A stretch of DNA of 64,000 bases. It comes from Lysobacterales bacterium (GTDB taxonomy: Bacteria > Pseudomonadota > Gammaproteobacteria > Xanthomonadales > Ahniellaceae). The stretch spans positions 6,828 through 70,827 of the forward strand of contig JAYUVY010000089.1 of assembly GCA_043753835.1 (NCBI GenBank), in the 5' to 3' direction. Positions 26,253-36,102 of this stretch are shown in pieces. The notes beneath the pieces were generated by a model. That model was not told the origin of the DNA. It worked only from the letters and a program-made list of their open reading frames with translations, and searched no databases. Numbering within the stretch: the stretch's first letter is position 1; each line of letters opens with the position of its first letter. A program made the translations under genes and the position numbers.

Positions 26253-27043
26253 GCACGCACGATATCGGGAAACTGCTGGCGATCATGGCGCAACTGCGCA
26301 ACCCGGAGGGTGGCTGTCCGTGGGACGTGCAGCAGAATTTCGCGAGCGTCGCGCCGTACACAATCGAGGAAGCCTACGAAGTCGTGGATGCGATCGATCG
26401 TGGTGACCGTAGCGACTTGTGCGACGAACTTGGCGACCTGTTGCTGCAGGTGGTGTTCCACGCACGGATGGCTGAGGAGGAGGGCAGTTTCGCGTTCAAC
26501 GATGTCGTCGTGGCGATCTGCGACAAGATGATCCGCCGTCATCCGCATGTCTTCGGCGACGCCTCGGTGCGCGACGCTGGCGAACAGACGCGACTGTGGG
26601 AAGCGCACAAGCGTGCTGAGAAAGCGGATCAGACCGATACCAGTGCGCTCGCTGGCGTCGCCGCCGGTCTGCCGGAGTGGATGCGTGCGCTGAAGTTGCA
26701 GAAGCGTGCAGCCAGCGTCGGTTTCGAATGGCCGACACCGATGCCGGTGCTGGACAAGTTGCACGAAGAGGTCGAAGAGGTGCGCGCCGAATTCGTCGCC
26801 GGATCCGATCCGGCACGCCTGCTGGATGAAGTCGGCGACGTGTTGTTCGTCGCGGTGAATTTGGCGCGGCATGCACGCGTCGATCCATCCGCCGCGCTGC
26901 GTCACGCGAATGCGAAGTTCGAACGCCGTTTCCGCGCGATGGAAGTGGCTGCCGCTGTGCAGGGCGGCACGTTGGCGGCACTGGATCTGGCCGAGCAGGC
27001 ACAGCTCTGGAACGACGCGAAGCGCGATGAGCGCTCACTCTGA
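26249..27043 (+). CDS. mazG: nucleoside triphosphate pyrophosphohydrolase MazG
   Basis: LRNPEGGCPWDVQQNFASVAPYTIEEAYEVVDAI...ELGDLLLQVVFHARMAEE and the tandem MazG domains. Confidence 0.88.
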   Translation: MSTHDIGKLLAIMAQLRNPEGGCPWDVQQNFASVAPYTIEEAYEVVDAIDRGDRSDLCDELGDLLLQVVFHARMAEEEGSFAFNDVVVAICDKMIRRHPHVFGDASVRDAGEQTRLWEAHKRAEKADQTDTSALAGVAAGLPEWMRALKLQKRAASVGFEWPTPMPVLDKLHEEVEEVRAEFVAGSDPARLLDEVGDVLFVAVNLARHARVDPSAALRHANAKFERRFRAMEVAAAVQGGTLAALDLAEQAQLWNDAKRDERSL

Positions 27044-27196
27044 ATCACACGTGAAAGGTGCAGCCAATCCGATGGCCGGAACAAAATTCCAACGAATCGG
27101 CGACTACACTGCCACGATGATCGTTGCGCATACTCATCGATCGAGTCTGAAACGGCGCGTAGACGCTGGCGGTTTCAAATTTTTTTGGAGTGAATC

Positions 27197-29882
27197 AATG
27201 ACCAAGACCAACCCGTTCGGGCGCGCGCTGTTGCTTACGGCATCGATGTTTGCCGCAGCGACTGTGCTTGCTGAACCGTTGCAACGCAGCCTCGGACTGG
27301 CGCGTTCCGTTTCTGCGCCGATGACTGCTGCCAAGACTCAGCGCCCCATTTCGGAGAAATCGATTTTTGCCGACGTGACGGAGAGTCAGCGTTTGGTTGC
27401 GTCGGTGCCAGGCGCGTTTGATGAATTTGGGCGTGCGGTTGCGACCGACGGTAATACCCTCGCAGTCGGCGCTTGGGGCAACGATGAAGGCGCGGCAGAT
27501 CCGGAAAATGATCCCATTTCAGGTGACGGCGCTGTCTCGGTGTTCTTGCGAACGGGTGCGACCTGGGCGCAACAGCAGCGCATCCTTCCGTCCGGCCTCG
27601 ACAAGTACGACGAGTTTGGCTGGTCGGTCGCGCTTTCCGGCGACACCCTCGTGGTTGGCAGTCCGGGTGAGGACACGCTGATCGGTGGATCCGAGTCGGG
27701 ATCTGTCTATGTATTTACGCGCAGCGCTGGCGTCTGGACCGAACAACAGAAGTTGCTTGGCAGCAATGTCGGGGTCAACTCTCGTTTTGGATACGCAGTT
27801 GCAGTCGAGGGCGACACCCTGATCGCCAGCGCGCCGCGCGAAAATGTGGACGGTGTTTCGCGTGCTGGCTCAGTCTATGTGTTTACCCGTTCGGGCAGCA
27901 CGTGGACGCAACAGGCGCGTCTGAAAGTCGCGGGAGCCGTCGCTGACGACATCTTGGGCACGAGTGTGGACTTGTCGGGTAATTACGCGGTCATCGGTGC
28001 GGAAGCGGCAGATACCCCGACCGGTGCCGATGCGGGCGCTGCCTATGTGTTCCTGCGCAGCGGCGTGAACTGGACGTTTCAGCTGCGGCTGCTTTCACCT
28101 GCACCGGTGATAGGTGGCGAGTTTGGGCGCTCGGTCGCCATCGACGGTGGCACGATCGCTGTCTCCGACCACGCTCGCGACAACGCGACCGGAAGGGTGG
28201 TTGTCTTCACGGGCGCGACAACGGTCTGGCCGGTTCAACAGACGCTGGCGGCCAGCGGTGGCCAGCCAGTGGACTTCTTCGGGCACGCGGTCGCCTTGCG
28301 TGGCGACGTGCTGTTCATCGGCGCCTATCAGGCCGATCTGAACACCAATGTGGATCGTGGCGCCGCGTATTCGTTTCTGCGCACCAGCAATGTATGGGCT
28401 CAAGTCGACAAGTTTTTTGCGAGTGATGCTTCAACGACCGGTGGCACGGAACGATTTGGTTTCGGTGTTGCGCTGTCGCCCAGCGTCGCTGTGGCGGGTG
28501 CCCCGCTGGATGAGAATGGCGCACTCTCCGACGCTGGCGCGGCTTATGTCTTCAATCGTGGCAGCGAGACGACGACAGCATTGTTCGCCAATCCGACCAC
28601 CATGAGCTATGGCCAGCAGATCACGCTGACCGCACAGGTCACCGGCGGGACGCCAACGGGCTCGGTCGAATTTCGCAATGGCGTGAACGTGCTTGCGACA
28701 GCGCCAGTCAATGGTTCCGGCATCGCTTCGAGCACTTTGACATTGGGTGTCGGCAGCTATTCGATTACGGCACGTTACCTGGGCGATATCGCTCACGTGG
28801 CCAGCACTTCGCCAGCGACCGCTGTCACCGTCAACCTCGCAGCGACCACGACCGCACTCAGCCTGAGCGCCGGCAGCAATCCCAGTGTGTATGGCCAGAG
28901 CGTCAGCTTCCGTGCTGCGGTCGCCGTCACGCCGCCCGGTGTCGGTCCGGCTACCGGCAACGTCGAGTTCCGCGACAACGGTGTCCTTGTCGCCACGCGC
29001 GCGCTGATTGCCGGCGAAGCGACGTTCACCACGAACACGCTGACGCACAATACCGGCACGGCGCATCCGATTACGGCGACTTACCTCGGCAACAGCAACT
29101 ACGGCACCAGCACGATCGGGCCGCTCAATCATGTCGTCAATCGCGCGGCGCCGACCAATGCCTTGACGAGTTCGCAGAATCCGTCGCTGTCCGGCCAGCA
29201 AGTCACGATCACCGCCACCATCACCGGCGGCATTCCGATCTGCTTCATGGATTTCTTTGCTGATGATTTGGGAAATGCCGATCCACGCGTCTTGATCGGA
29301 TCAAACGCGGTCAGCGGCAACACCGCGTCTGTACCGTGGACGCCGCTTGCGGCTGGCCAATACGCAATCACCGCCGACTGCGGGTCAGACCCGAACCAGT
29401 TCTCGGCCAATGCCAGCGGCTTGACCCAGATCGTCAACCTCGCCGCCGAAATCGCCGTGACCAAGTCCAACGGTGTCAACTCGGTTGAGGAAGGGGTGCC
29501 GACGACCTACACCATCACCGTCACCAACAACGGCCCGGAAAACATCACCGGCCTGCGCGTGGTCGATGACGTCAATACGGTCACCTTCGACGACAGCGTG
29601 AACGAAACCTCGTGGACCTGTGCCGTGGCGGGTGCCAGTGTTTGCAGCGCATCCGCCGGAGTCGGCGACTTGGCACTCGCCGGCACGCCGCTGTTGCTCG
29701 ATCTGACTGCTGGCGACGTCGCCACCATCACCCTCACCACCCGCGTCCGCGCCGGCCAGGAAGGCCCAGTCTCGAATACCGCATCGGTCGTTATCCCCGC
29801 CGGTTGGGGCGACGCGGTTCCTGCGAACAACACCGCCACCGACACCGATACCTCCGGACTCTTCGCCGACGGTTTCGAGTGA
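27197..29882 (+). CDS. large secreted FG-GAP beta-propeller / Ig-like repeat / DUF11-like protein ending in DGFE
   Basis: The ATG at 27197 follows ggagtg. Signal peptide MTKTNPFGRALLLTASMFAAATVLA. Seven FG-GAP-like blades (FGRAVATDGNTLAVGA, FGWSVALSGDTLVVGS, ...), then repeated Ig-like units (GSVEFRNG..., GNVEFRDNG...) and a DUF11-like unit (TYTITVTNNGPENITGLRVVDD). The C-terminus is ...TSGLFADGFE-stop. Confidence 0.8.
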
Positions 29883-29893
29883 TCGAGCAACGA

Positions 29894-30415
29894 ATGCCGA
29901 TGATGTTAGTGCGAACGTTGGCCTCGATGCTGATTGCTGGAACGATGTTTTTGGGTGCCCCTGCCGGCGCCCAGTCCGTTGTCCCCGCAATCATCGAGGT
30001 GCACCAAGCCAATACAGGCGAGGTGCTGCTCACGGCGAACGCAACGATGAGTTGCGGCTCGTATCCGGACGGCGCATTTTCGACGAGTCTCACGCGAAAC
30101 GTTGGCGACATCGAGGTGCTGACGCCGATGATCAATCTTGGATGTGCGCCGCCGGGGTCGGGGTCGCCGCCGGGGTCCTGGAGTTTTCAATTGGTTGAGA
30201 ACGCGGGTGTATTGGACGACGGCGTCTATAACGTCATCTGGAGATTCAGGTTCAGGGATGGACTTGAATTTCAGGCGACGAAGTCATTCCAAATCGTCAA
30301 CGGGGCTTTGCCGGGTCGGCATGCGGTGCCTGCGTCGGGTGTGGTTTCTTTGCTGCTGTTGGCCATGCTGGTGATCGCGGCCGCACACGTGGCGCGGCCG
30401 CGAATCGCGGCCTGA
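29894..30415 (+). CDS. small secreted protein with a tripartite C-terminal sorting-signal-like tail
   Basis: The start is 11 nt after the upstream stop. Signal peptide MPMMLVRTLASMLIAGTMFLGAPAGAQS. The C-terminus is HAVPASG-VVSLLLLAMLVIAAAHVA-RPRIAA (short motif, TM helix, basic residues). Confidence 0.6.
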   Translation: MPMMLVRTLASMLIAGTMFLGAPAGAQSVVPAIIEVHQANTGEVLLTANATMSCGSYPDGAFSTSLTRNVGDIEVLTPMINLGCAPPGSGSPPGSWSFQLVENAGVLDDGVYNVIWRFRFRDGLEFQATKSFQIVNGALPGRHAVPASGVVSLLLLAMLVIAAAHVARPRIAA

Positions 30416-30419
30416 TAGT

Positions 30420-30815
30420 TCAGCGCAACTTCGTCAGACGCGCATCGATGCGCTGGCGCAGCTCGGCGATGGTGGCTTCCGGATGTACGACGCGATCGGC
30501 GTGTTTTAGGCGGCGTTCGGCGAAGGCGCGCAGTTTCGGGTGTTGCGTGTGTTGCAACAGATCCTGATACATGGAGACGATCTCGCGGTCATGGCCGCTG
30601 TGGCGATAGATCCGTTCAAGGCGTCGCAGATCGATGGCGACGGCGAGTGCCGGATGCTGCCGTGCCGCGCGCTCAAATCGGGTGCCGGCGGGTGCGGCGG
30701 CGTGACCGTCGCGCATGCACGGCGCCTGTTGCGGATGGGCGGCGAGCGGGGTGCTGACGACGACTGTGGTGCCGAGGGCGAGCGCCAGCAGCAGGGATTT
30801 GTTGGGAAAGTTCAT
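30420..30815 (-). CDS. secreted helical hypothetical protein
   Basis: Internal start gives the signal peptide MNFPNKSLLLALALGTTVVVSTPLAA. I recognise no family. Confidence 0.5.
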   Translation of the reverse strand: MNFPNKSLLLALALGTTVVVSTPLAAHPQQAPCMRDGHAAAPAGTRFERAARQHPALAVAIDLRRLERIYRHSGHDREIVSMYQDLLQHTQHPKLRAFAERRLKHADRVVHPEATIAELRQRIDARLTKLR

Positions 30816-30929
30816 GGCGACGGTGACTCCGATTTTGCGCACCGGTTGTGCGTATGCTCAACAACGCGTCGCCGCAATCGGCGTTGACGATGACTTGCGG
30901 CACAGCGCAAATCGCGCGAGGCTAGGCGC

Positions 30930-31238
30930 ATGAGCCAGCCCTACCGCCGTTTCGCCGATTTCTATCCGTACTACCTCGGCGAGCATCGTCATCCGGTATG
31001 TCGGCGTCTGCATTTTGTGGGCAGCGCGCTGATCCTGTTGCTGTTGGCGCTCGTGCTGGCGCGCGCGATTTCGCCGTGGGCGCTGGTTGCCGTGCCTGTG
31101 ATCGGCTACGGCTTTGCCTGGGTCGGACATTTCTTCTTCGAGCACAATCGACCGGCGACCTTCACGTATCCCTTCTACAGCTTTCTCGGCGACTGGGCGA
31201 TGTTTCGCGACATGCTCATCGGCCGCATTCCCTTCTGA
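30930..31238 (+). CDS. DUF962 (Mpo1-like) membrane protein
   Basis: FADFYPYYLGEHRHPVCRRLHFVGS...GYGFAWVGHFFFEHNRPATFTYPFYSFLGDW. Confidence 0.8.
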   Translation: MSQPYRRFADFYPYYLGEHRHPVCRRLHFVGSALILLLLALVLARAISPWALVAVPVIGYGFAWVGHFFFEHNRPATFTYPFYSFLGDWAMFRDMLIGRIPF

Positions 31239-31252
31239 TCAGGATCGAACCC

Positions 31253-31642
31253 ATGTCTGCCATTGTCGTTGTTGCTGTCGTCGCCCTCATCCAGTTCATC
31301 GGTTTCGGATTTCTGGTTGGGCGCGCACGCGGTCGCTACGGCGTGCATGCGCCGGCGACTTCCGGGCATGAACTGTTCGATCGCTACTACCGCGTGCACT
31401 ACAACACCATGGAACAGTTGCTGGTGTTCCTGCCGGCCTTGTTCCTGTCTGCCGGATTCGGTTTCGGCGATGACCGCATCAGTGCCGCCGTCGGCGTCGT
31501 GTATCTGCTCGGTCGACAGATTTTTCTGTCGAGTTACGTGCGTGAACCGAAGTCGCGCGGCGTCGGTTTCGGGCTGACACTGCTGCCCACGGTACTGTTG
31601 TTGCTCAATGCACTCGCCGGCGCGATTTACACGGAGCTTTGA
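31253..31642 (+). CDS. MAPEG-family membrane protein (second copy in the window)
   Basis: The ATG at 31253 gives MSAIVVVAVVALIQFIGFGFLVGRARGRYGV...RVHYNTMEQLLVFLPALF...LLGRQIFLSSY. Confidence 0.75.
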   Translation: MSAIVVVAVVALIQFIGFGFLVGRARGRYGVHAPATSGHELFDRYYRVHYNTMEQLLVFLPALFLSAGFGFGDDRISAAVGVVYLLGRQIFLSSYVREPKSRGVGFGLTLLPTVLLLLNALAGAIYTEL

Positions 31643-31672
31643 GGCGCTGGTCTGGCCTCGTGCGCCGTCTGC

Positions 31673-32554
31673 TCAGCCGGCCAGCCAGTGATCGATCAGA
31701 AACCGCGAGATCGAGAAGCGCGGTGACAGCTTGACCGCACCGCTTTGCAGTTCTTCGCGCGAAAACCAGCGCACATCGGCCATCTCGGCGCCGATCTTGA
31801 TCTCGCGCGAGGTGGCCTGGGCGGTGAAGCCGAGCATCAGCGAAGCCGGAAACGGCCAAGGCTGCGAGGCCAGGTAGCGGCAGTCGCCGACACGTACGCC
31901 CGATTCTTCAAAGGTCTCGCGACGTACCGCATCCTCCAGGGTCTCGCCGGGTTCGATGAATCCGGCCAAGGTCGAATAGCGACCTTCCGGCCACGACGGC
32001 TGGCGTCCGAGCAAGGCATGGTCACCATCGTGCACGAGCATGATCACGCAGGGGTCGGTGCGCGGGAAAAACGACGCGCCACAGTCGCTGTTGCTGCACA
32101 GCGCACGGTGGCCGCCAGCACTGAAGATGGTGCGCGCGCCGCAGACGCCACAATGGCGCGAGCGCGACTGCCAATACGCCACCGAACTGGCAAAGGCGGC
32201 AAGACCGGCTTCGTGTGCCGGCAAGGTCAGTGCGGCGGCGCGCAATTCGCTGGCGGTGGCCTGATGGATGGCGGCGAATTCGTCGTGTTCGTGCGCGTGC
32301 AAGCTGAGCGAGAACAACGAGCGCTCAGCTTGCTGCCCGAGAAAATTGAATCGGTCGAAGTCGAAACGGTCACGCAGCAACGACATCGGAATTTGCAGCA
32401 AACGCGGTTCCGGTTGCGCCAACAGTACGTCGCGACTGCCGCGTAGCACTATCACCAAGGCTTGATCATCGTCGAAGCGCGCACGCAGCCAACTGCTGTC
32501 TTCGCGTGCTTCGCCGAAACGATCGAACTGGCCGCCAATGAACGCGAAATCCAT
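31673..32554 (-). CDS. nudC: NAD(+) diphosphatase NudC (Nudix with zinc ribbon)
   Basis: The internal ATG at 32554 is the likely start. Zinc ribbon CGVCGARTIFSAGGHRALCSNSDCG and Nudix box GFIEPGETLEDAVRRETFEESGV. Confidence 0.85.
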   Translation of the reverse strand: MDFAFIGGQFDRFGEAREDSSWLRARFDDDQALVIVLRGSRDVLLAQPEPRLLQIPMSLLRDRFDFDRFNFLGQQAERSLFSLSLHAHEHDEFAAIHQATASELRAAALTLPAHEAGLAAFASSVAYWQSRSRHCGVCGARTIFSAGGHRALCSNSDCGASFFPRTDPCVIMLVHDGDHALLGRQPSWPEGRYSTLAGFIEPGETLEDAVRRETFEESGVRVGDCRYLASQPWPFPASLMLGFTAQATSREIKIGAEMADVRWFSREELQSGAVKLSPRFSISRFLIDHWLAG

Positions 32555-32567
32555 GCAGGTTGCCGGA

Positions 32568-32936
32568 TCAGACCGTGAACGACGAGCCGCAGCCGCAGGT
32601 CGTCTTCGCGTTCGGGTTGCGGATGACGAACTGCGCGCCTTGCAGGCTTTCGCTGTAGTCGATTTCGGCACCGCCGAGGTATTGCAGGCTGAGCGGGTCG
32701 CACAACAGGGTGACGCCGTCGCGCTCGACGGCGAGGTCGTCGTCTTCCGCGCCTTCTTCGAAGCTGAAGCCGTACTGGAATCCGGAACAGCCGCCGCCCT
32801 GGATGTAGACGCGCAACTTGAGCGCCGGGTTCTGTTCTTCCTCGATCAACTCACGCACCTTGCGCGCCGCTGATTCGGTGAAGTGCAGTGCCGCTGCGGC
32901 GCTGGTCTGGTAGTTCGGAATGATGGTGTCGGTCAT
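32568..32936 (-). CDS. erpA: iron-sulfur cluster insertion protein ErpA
   Basis: A-type carrier motifs [11 protein letters not shown] and C-terminal CGCGSSF. Confidence 0.9.
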   Translation of the reverse strand: MTDTIIPNYQTSAAAALHFTESAARKVRELIEEEQNPALKLRVYIQGGGCSGFQYGFSFEEGAEDDDLAVERDGVTLLCDPLSLQYLGGAEIDYSESLQGAQFVIRNPNAKTTCGCGSSFTV

Positions 32937-32950
32937 GGTTGTTGCCCTAC

Positions 32951-33018
32951 GGTCGCGCGCTGAAGCGCGCTCCTACAAGTGTGCCGCGAACCTGTAGGAG
33001 CGGGCCATGCCCGCGACC
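32951..33018. repeat. inverted pair of REP-like palindromic units in the erpA/bactofilin intergenic region
   Basis: ggtcgcgcgctgaagcgcgctcctacaag and cctgtaggagcgggccatgcccgcgacc. Each unit has its own GC hairpin, and the second is roughly the reverse complement of the first (shared gtaggagcg...gcgacc ends). Confidence 0.6.
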
Positions 33019-33067
33019 ACAAGCCACGATGTACATCAGATCCACATGGCCGCATGAACCGCAGATT

Positions 33068-33568
33068 TCAACTGCGCTTCGCGTCGACCTTCGAGCGGTC
33101 CTTGGGTTCGACCCGCGCCTGCATCGCGGACTCACCCGCATCGAGTTGCAGCACTTCGATCGCGACCTTGGTTTCGGGCTTCGGCAGCTGCTTGCGAATA
33201 TCGTCTTCGCGCACCACGCGTCCGGTGATCTGTGCGCCCGCCGCCATCTCCAGCACCTTGTAATGCACGTTGCCGACCACGCGCGCCTGCGCCGCGAGCT
33301 CAACGCGTTCGCTGGCGATGACATCGCCTTTCATGCTGCCGTTGATGATCACGTGCGGCGCACGCACTTCGCCTTCGACCGACCCCTGCTCGGAAATCAT
33401 CAGTACCGCGTCCGGCCCACCCTCGGCGATGACCGTGCCAATCACGCAACCGTCGACCCGGAAGCCACCGGAAAAGGTGATGTCGCCCTTGATCTTGGTT
33501 TTTGCGCCCACCAAAGTATCAATTGTCATCGTCGGTCGGTTGTTCGCGGCTTTGCTACTTCCAAACAT
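33068..33568 (-). CDS. bactofilin (polymer-forming cytoskeletal protein)
   Basis: TLVGAKTKIKGDITFSGGFRVDGCVIGTV...VEGEVRAPHVIINGSMKGDVIASERVELAAQARVVGNVHY is the typical beta-helical repeat. Confidence 0.85.
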   Translation of the reverse strand: MFGSSKAANNRPTMTIDTLVGAKTKIKGDITFSGGFRVDGCVIGTVIAEGGPDAVLMISEQGSVEGEVRAPHVIINGSMKGDVIASERVELAAQARVVGNVHYKVLEMAAGAQITGRVVREDDIRKQLPKPETKVAIEVLQLDAGESAMQARVEPKDRSKVDAKRS

Positions 33569-34322
33569 GTTCTTCGGCTCCGGTGGCAATGGTCTGATCC
33601 CAGGGAAAGCTGCGCTCGAACTGGTCGCCCTGCGCTGATTTCACCACGAGCACGACGCGGTTGGGGGTGAATCCTTCCGGCAGCACGAAACTCACGTCGA
33701 GTTCCTGGAAATATTTGAACGAGAAGTCGGGGGCCAGTTCCGGCTTGCGCTGTGCCAGGTCGTTCCAACCCAGTGCGCGCAAATCGCCGTCGAGCATGCC
33801 TTCGACGCGAATCGAGGCCGAGCCGCTGGTGACTTCGCCCTTGCGCAGGTTCTGTGTCAGGGTCGCACGCATCTCGTAGCCGTTGCCCTCGCCGATCTTG
33901 CGCAACGCGAGTTGCTGCACGGTCAGGCCCTGACGCGGCGCCTTGCCGCCCATCAGTCGTTGGTAGAAGGCGAGGTCGGCACGCAGCGATGCGATTTCTT
34001 CTTCGCGTGAGGTCAGCGAGTCGCGCAAGGCATCGTTCGCACTGCGCGAGACCTGGTCGGAGCGGTCACTGACGCTGAGCTTCTGTTTGCCGCTCTCGAG
34101 CTCGATACGCGCGTCGCGCAATTCCGACTGTGCCTGCGACAACCGCTGCTGCATGTCGAACAAGCCCGGTGCGGCGCGCTTTGATGCGATGATCCAAGTC
34201 GCGGCGATGCTCAACAACCAGAACGCGACGATCGCGATACGCAAGCGGCGCGCATGCGCAGGATCGTGCGCTTGCACGATCAGGGGCATGGAACTGGGAT
34301 GGAATCTGAACGGGTTCTTCAT
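33555..34322 (-). CDS. membrane-anchored coiled-coil protein (DUF6776-like), hypothetical
   Basis: One TM helix (RIAIVAFWLLSIAATWIIA) followed by a coiled coil (LSQAQSELRDARIELESGKQKL). It overlaps the bactofilin start. Confidence 0.6.
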   Translation of the reverse strand: MKNPFRFHPSSMPLIVQAHDPAHARRLRIAIVAFWLLSIAATWIIASKRAAPGLFDMQQRLSQAQSELRDARIELESGKQKLSVSDRSDQVSRSANDALRDSLTSREEEIASLRADLAFYQRLMGGKAPRQGLTVQQLALRKIGEGNGYEMRATLTQNLRKGEVTSGSASIRVEGMLDGDLRALGWNDLAQRKPELAPDFSFKYFQELDVSFVLPEGFTPNRVVLVVKSAQGDQFERSFPWDQTIATGAEEHVWK

Positions 34323-34392
34323 TCGTGCGCCGAAAAAACGCGAGCGGCCTTATAGCCCGCGATTTGCGGCCTTCGCAAGGAACAGTTTGCAC

Positions 34393-35163
34393 TTAACGGA
34401 ATTTGAACTCGAAGGCGACGGCATTACGTCCGGGATCGAGAACCTCGAGGTCGATCGTTGCTGTCGCATTGGGCGCGAGCCCGCGTGCCAGAGCGCGCAT
34501 GTCGACCAGATAATCCTGCGGCGCGACGCGACGCATGGCAATGCGCTGCTCATCGAGATCGGCGAGCGTGATCTCGACGGTGGGATACGGCTGCGTGAAC
34601 GGCGCGCGATTCAGCATCGTCGCCGAAATGATCAACGCGCCGGCATGACTCGGATGCGGCCGCACGTCACGTGACACGAGCGCGATCTGGCTCAGGTCGG
34701 TGCGCGCCGGTAGTCGACATTGCAGGCGCAGGCAGGCGGCATCAAGCCATGGACGAATACGCGGCTCATTCATCCAGTAGCCGCGCCCGGCATAGGCCGC
34801 CTGGCCAAGCAGACCAAGCAACAACAGCACATTCGCGTAGCGCAGGAAGCGATTGCTGCGTGGCTGCGGCACCGGTTCGTGCATGAAGCTCGGCGCAGGC
34901 GCGATGTCGTCATCGCCATCGATCGCGAACAGATCATGTTGCCCCGCCTTCGGGCGCATCGCCGGCACGTCGAGGATCGGCAGCGGCCCAGGGTAATGGC
35001 GGGTCAGGCGACCGACCGGTTCCGGCGGCAATTGCTCGGCGAGCGTGGCCAGAACGTCGAATTCGGCGCGACACACCCCGCAGCGCGCTCGCCCATGCGC
35101 CCGCGTCAACGCGGTCACGGGTATGCGATAGATGGTCAGACATTCGGGGCACTGGGTGTACAT
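34393..35163 (-). CDS. MJ0042-type zinc-ribbon / DUF3426 protein
   Basis: MYTQCPECLTIYRIPVTALTRAHGRARCGVCRAEFDVL at the N-terminus, then a TM helix and a C-terminal beta-rich domain. Confidence 0.75.
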   Translation of the reverse strand: MYTQCPECLTIYRIPVTALTRAHGRARCGVCRAEFDVLATLAEQLPPEPVGRLTRHYPGPLPILDVPAMRPKAGQHDLFAIDGDDDIAPAPSFMHEPVPQPRSNRFLRYANVLLLLGLLGQAAYAGRGYWMNEPRIRPWLDAACLRLQCRLPARTDLSQIALVSRDVRPHPSHAGALIISATMLNRAPFTQPYPTVEITLADLDEQRIAMRRVAPQDYLVDMRALARGLAPNATATIDLEVLDPGRNAVAFEFKFR

Positions 35164-35202
35164 CGCGACGATTATGCCCGCGCCGGCCCGAATCTGTGGG
35201 CG

Positions 35203-36102
35203 CTAATTGTCGCTGGCCGCCTTGCGTGTGGCGCTGATGCGCACCCAATCGTCCTGTTGCTTGATCTCTATGGCATCGAAATCGCCGCGGTAGGCGGCGG
35301 CGACTTCCACAGCCTGGTCGACGAGGATGCCGGACAAGGCCAGCGGGGCGCCCATGCGGCAGTGCCCGGTGATGATCGGCTGCAGCGTGGTCAGCGCGCC
35401 GGCGAGGATGTTCGCGACCACGACATCGGCGGTCAGTCCGGCTGGCACTTCGTCGGGCAGATACAGATCGAATTGCGCGCTGACGCCATTGCGTTCGGCG
35501 TTGTCGCGACTCGCGGTGATCGCCTGCGGATCGTTGTCGATGCCGATCGCGCGCGCGGCGCCGAGTTTCAACGCGGCGATCGCGAGGATGCCCGAGCCGC
35601 AGCCGAAATCGAGCACGGTACGCCCGTGCAGATCGAGCCCGTCCAGCCATTCAAGGCAGAGCGCGGTGGTTGGGTGCGTGCCGGTGCCGAAGGCGAGGCC
35701 GGGATCGAGCCGCACAACGACGGCATCGGTATCGGCCGGTGGTTCGATGTTGGACGGATAGATCCAGGTACGACGACCGAATTGCATCGGCTTGAACTGA
35801 TCCATCCAGGCGCGCGTCCAGTCGGCATCGGCGACGTCGCGGGTCACGAGTTTCTCGGGCGTCAGCCACGGCACCATCAACTGCAACGCGTCGAACAAGC
35901 CGATGCGGTCCACCGTGGTCGGAAACAGCGCACGCACGATGACCTGCGGCCACATCGGCGTCTCGCCCGGGCCGGGCTCAAGGATCGGATGATCTTCTGC
36001 GTCGAGCAGGGTGATCGACGCGGCTTCAAGATCCTCGAGCGCAGCCTCGACGCGCGAGAGCGAACGCTGTTCCACTTCGATCGAGAGTTCGAGCCAGGCC
36101 AC
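35203..36102 (-). CDS. prmA: ribosomal protein L11 methyltransferase
   Basis: GLAFGTGTHPTTALCLEWL...VLDFGCGSGILAIAALKLGA. The GTG start shares one base with the upstream stop codon (TAGTG). Confidence 0.9.
   Translation of the reverse strand: MAWLELSIEVEQRSLSRVEAALEDLEAASITLLDAEDHPILEPGPGETPMWPQVIVRALFPTTVDRIGLFDALQLMVPWLTPEKLVTRDVADADWTRAWMDQFKPMQFGRRTWIYPSNIEPPADTDAVVVRLDPGLAFGTGTHPTTALCLEWLDGLDLHGRTVLDFGCGSGILAIAALKLGAARAIGIDNDPQAITASRDNAERNGVSAQFDLYLPDEVPAGLTADVVVANILAGALTTLQPIITGHCRMGAPLALSGILVDQAVEVAAAYRGDFDAIEIKQQDDWVRISATRKAASDN

Noticed and set aside
26871-27196. N-terminal extension of the large FG-GAP protein ORF that overlaps mazG
   Set aside because: The extension overlaps the mazG 3' end in another frame. 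The ATG at 27197 has a GGAG at a suitable distance and is followed immediately by a signal peptide.
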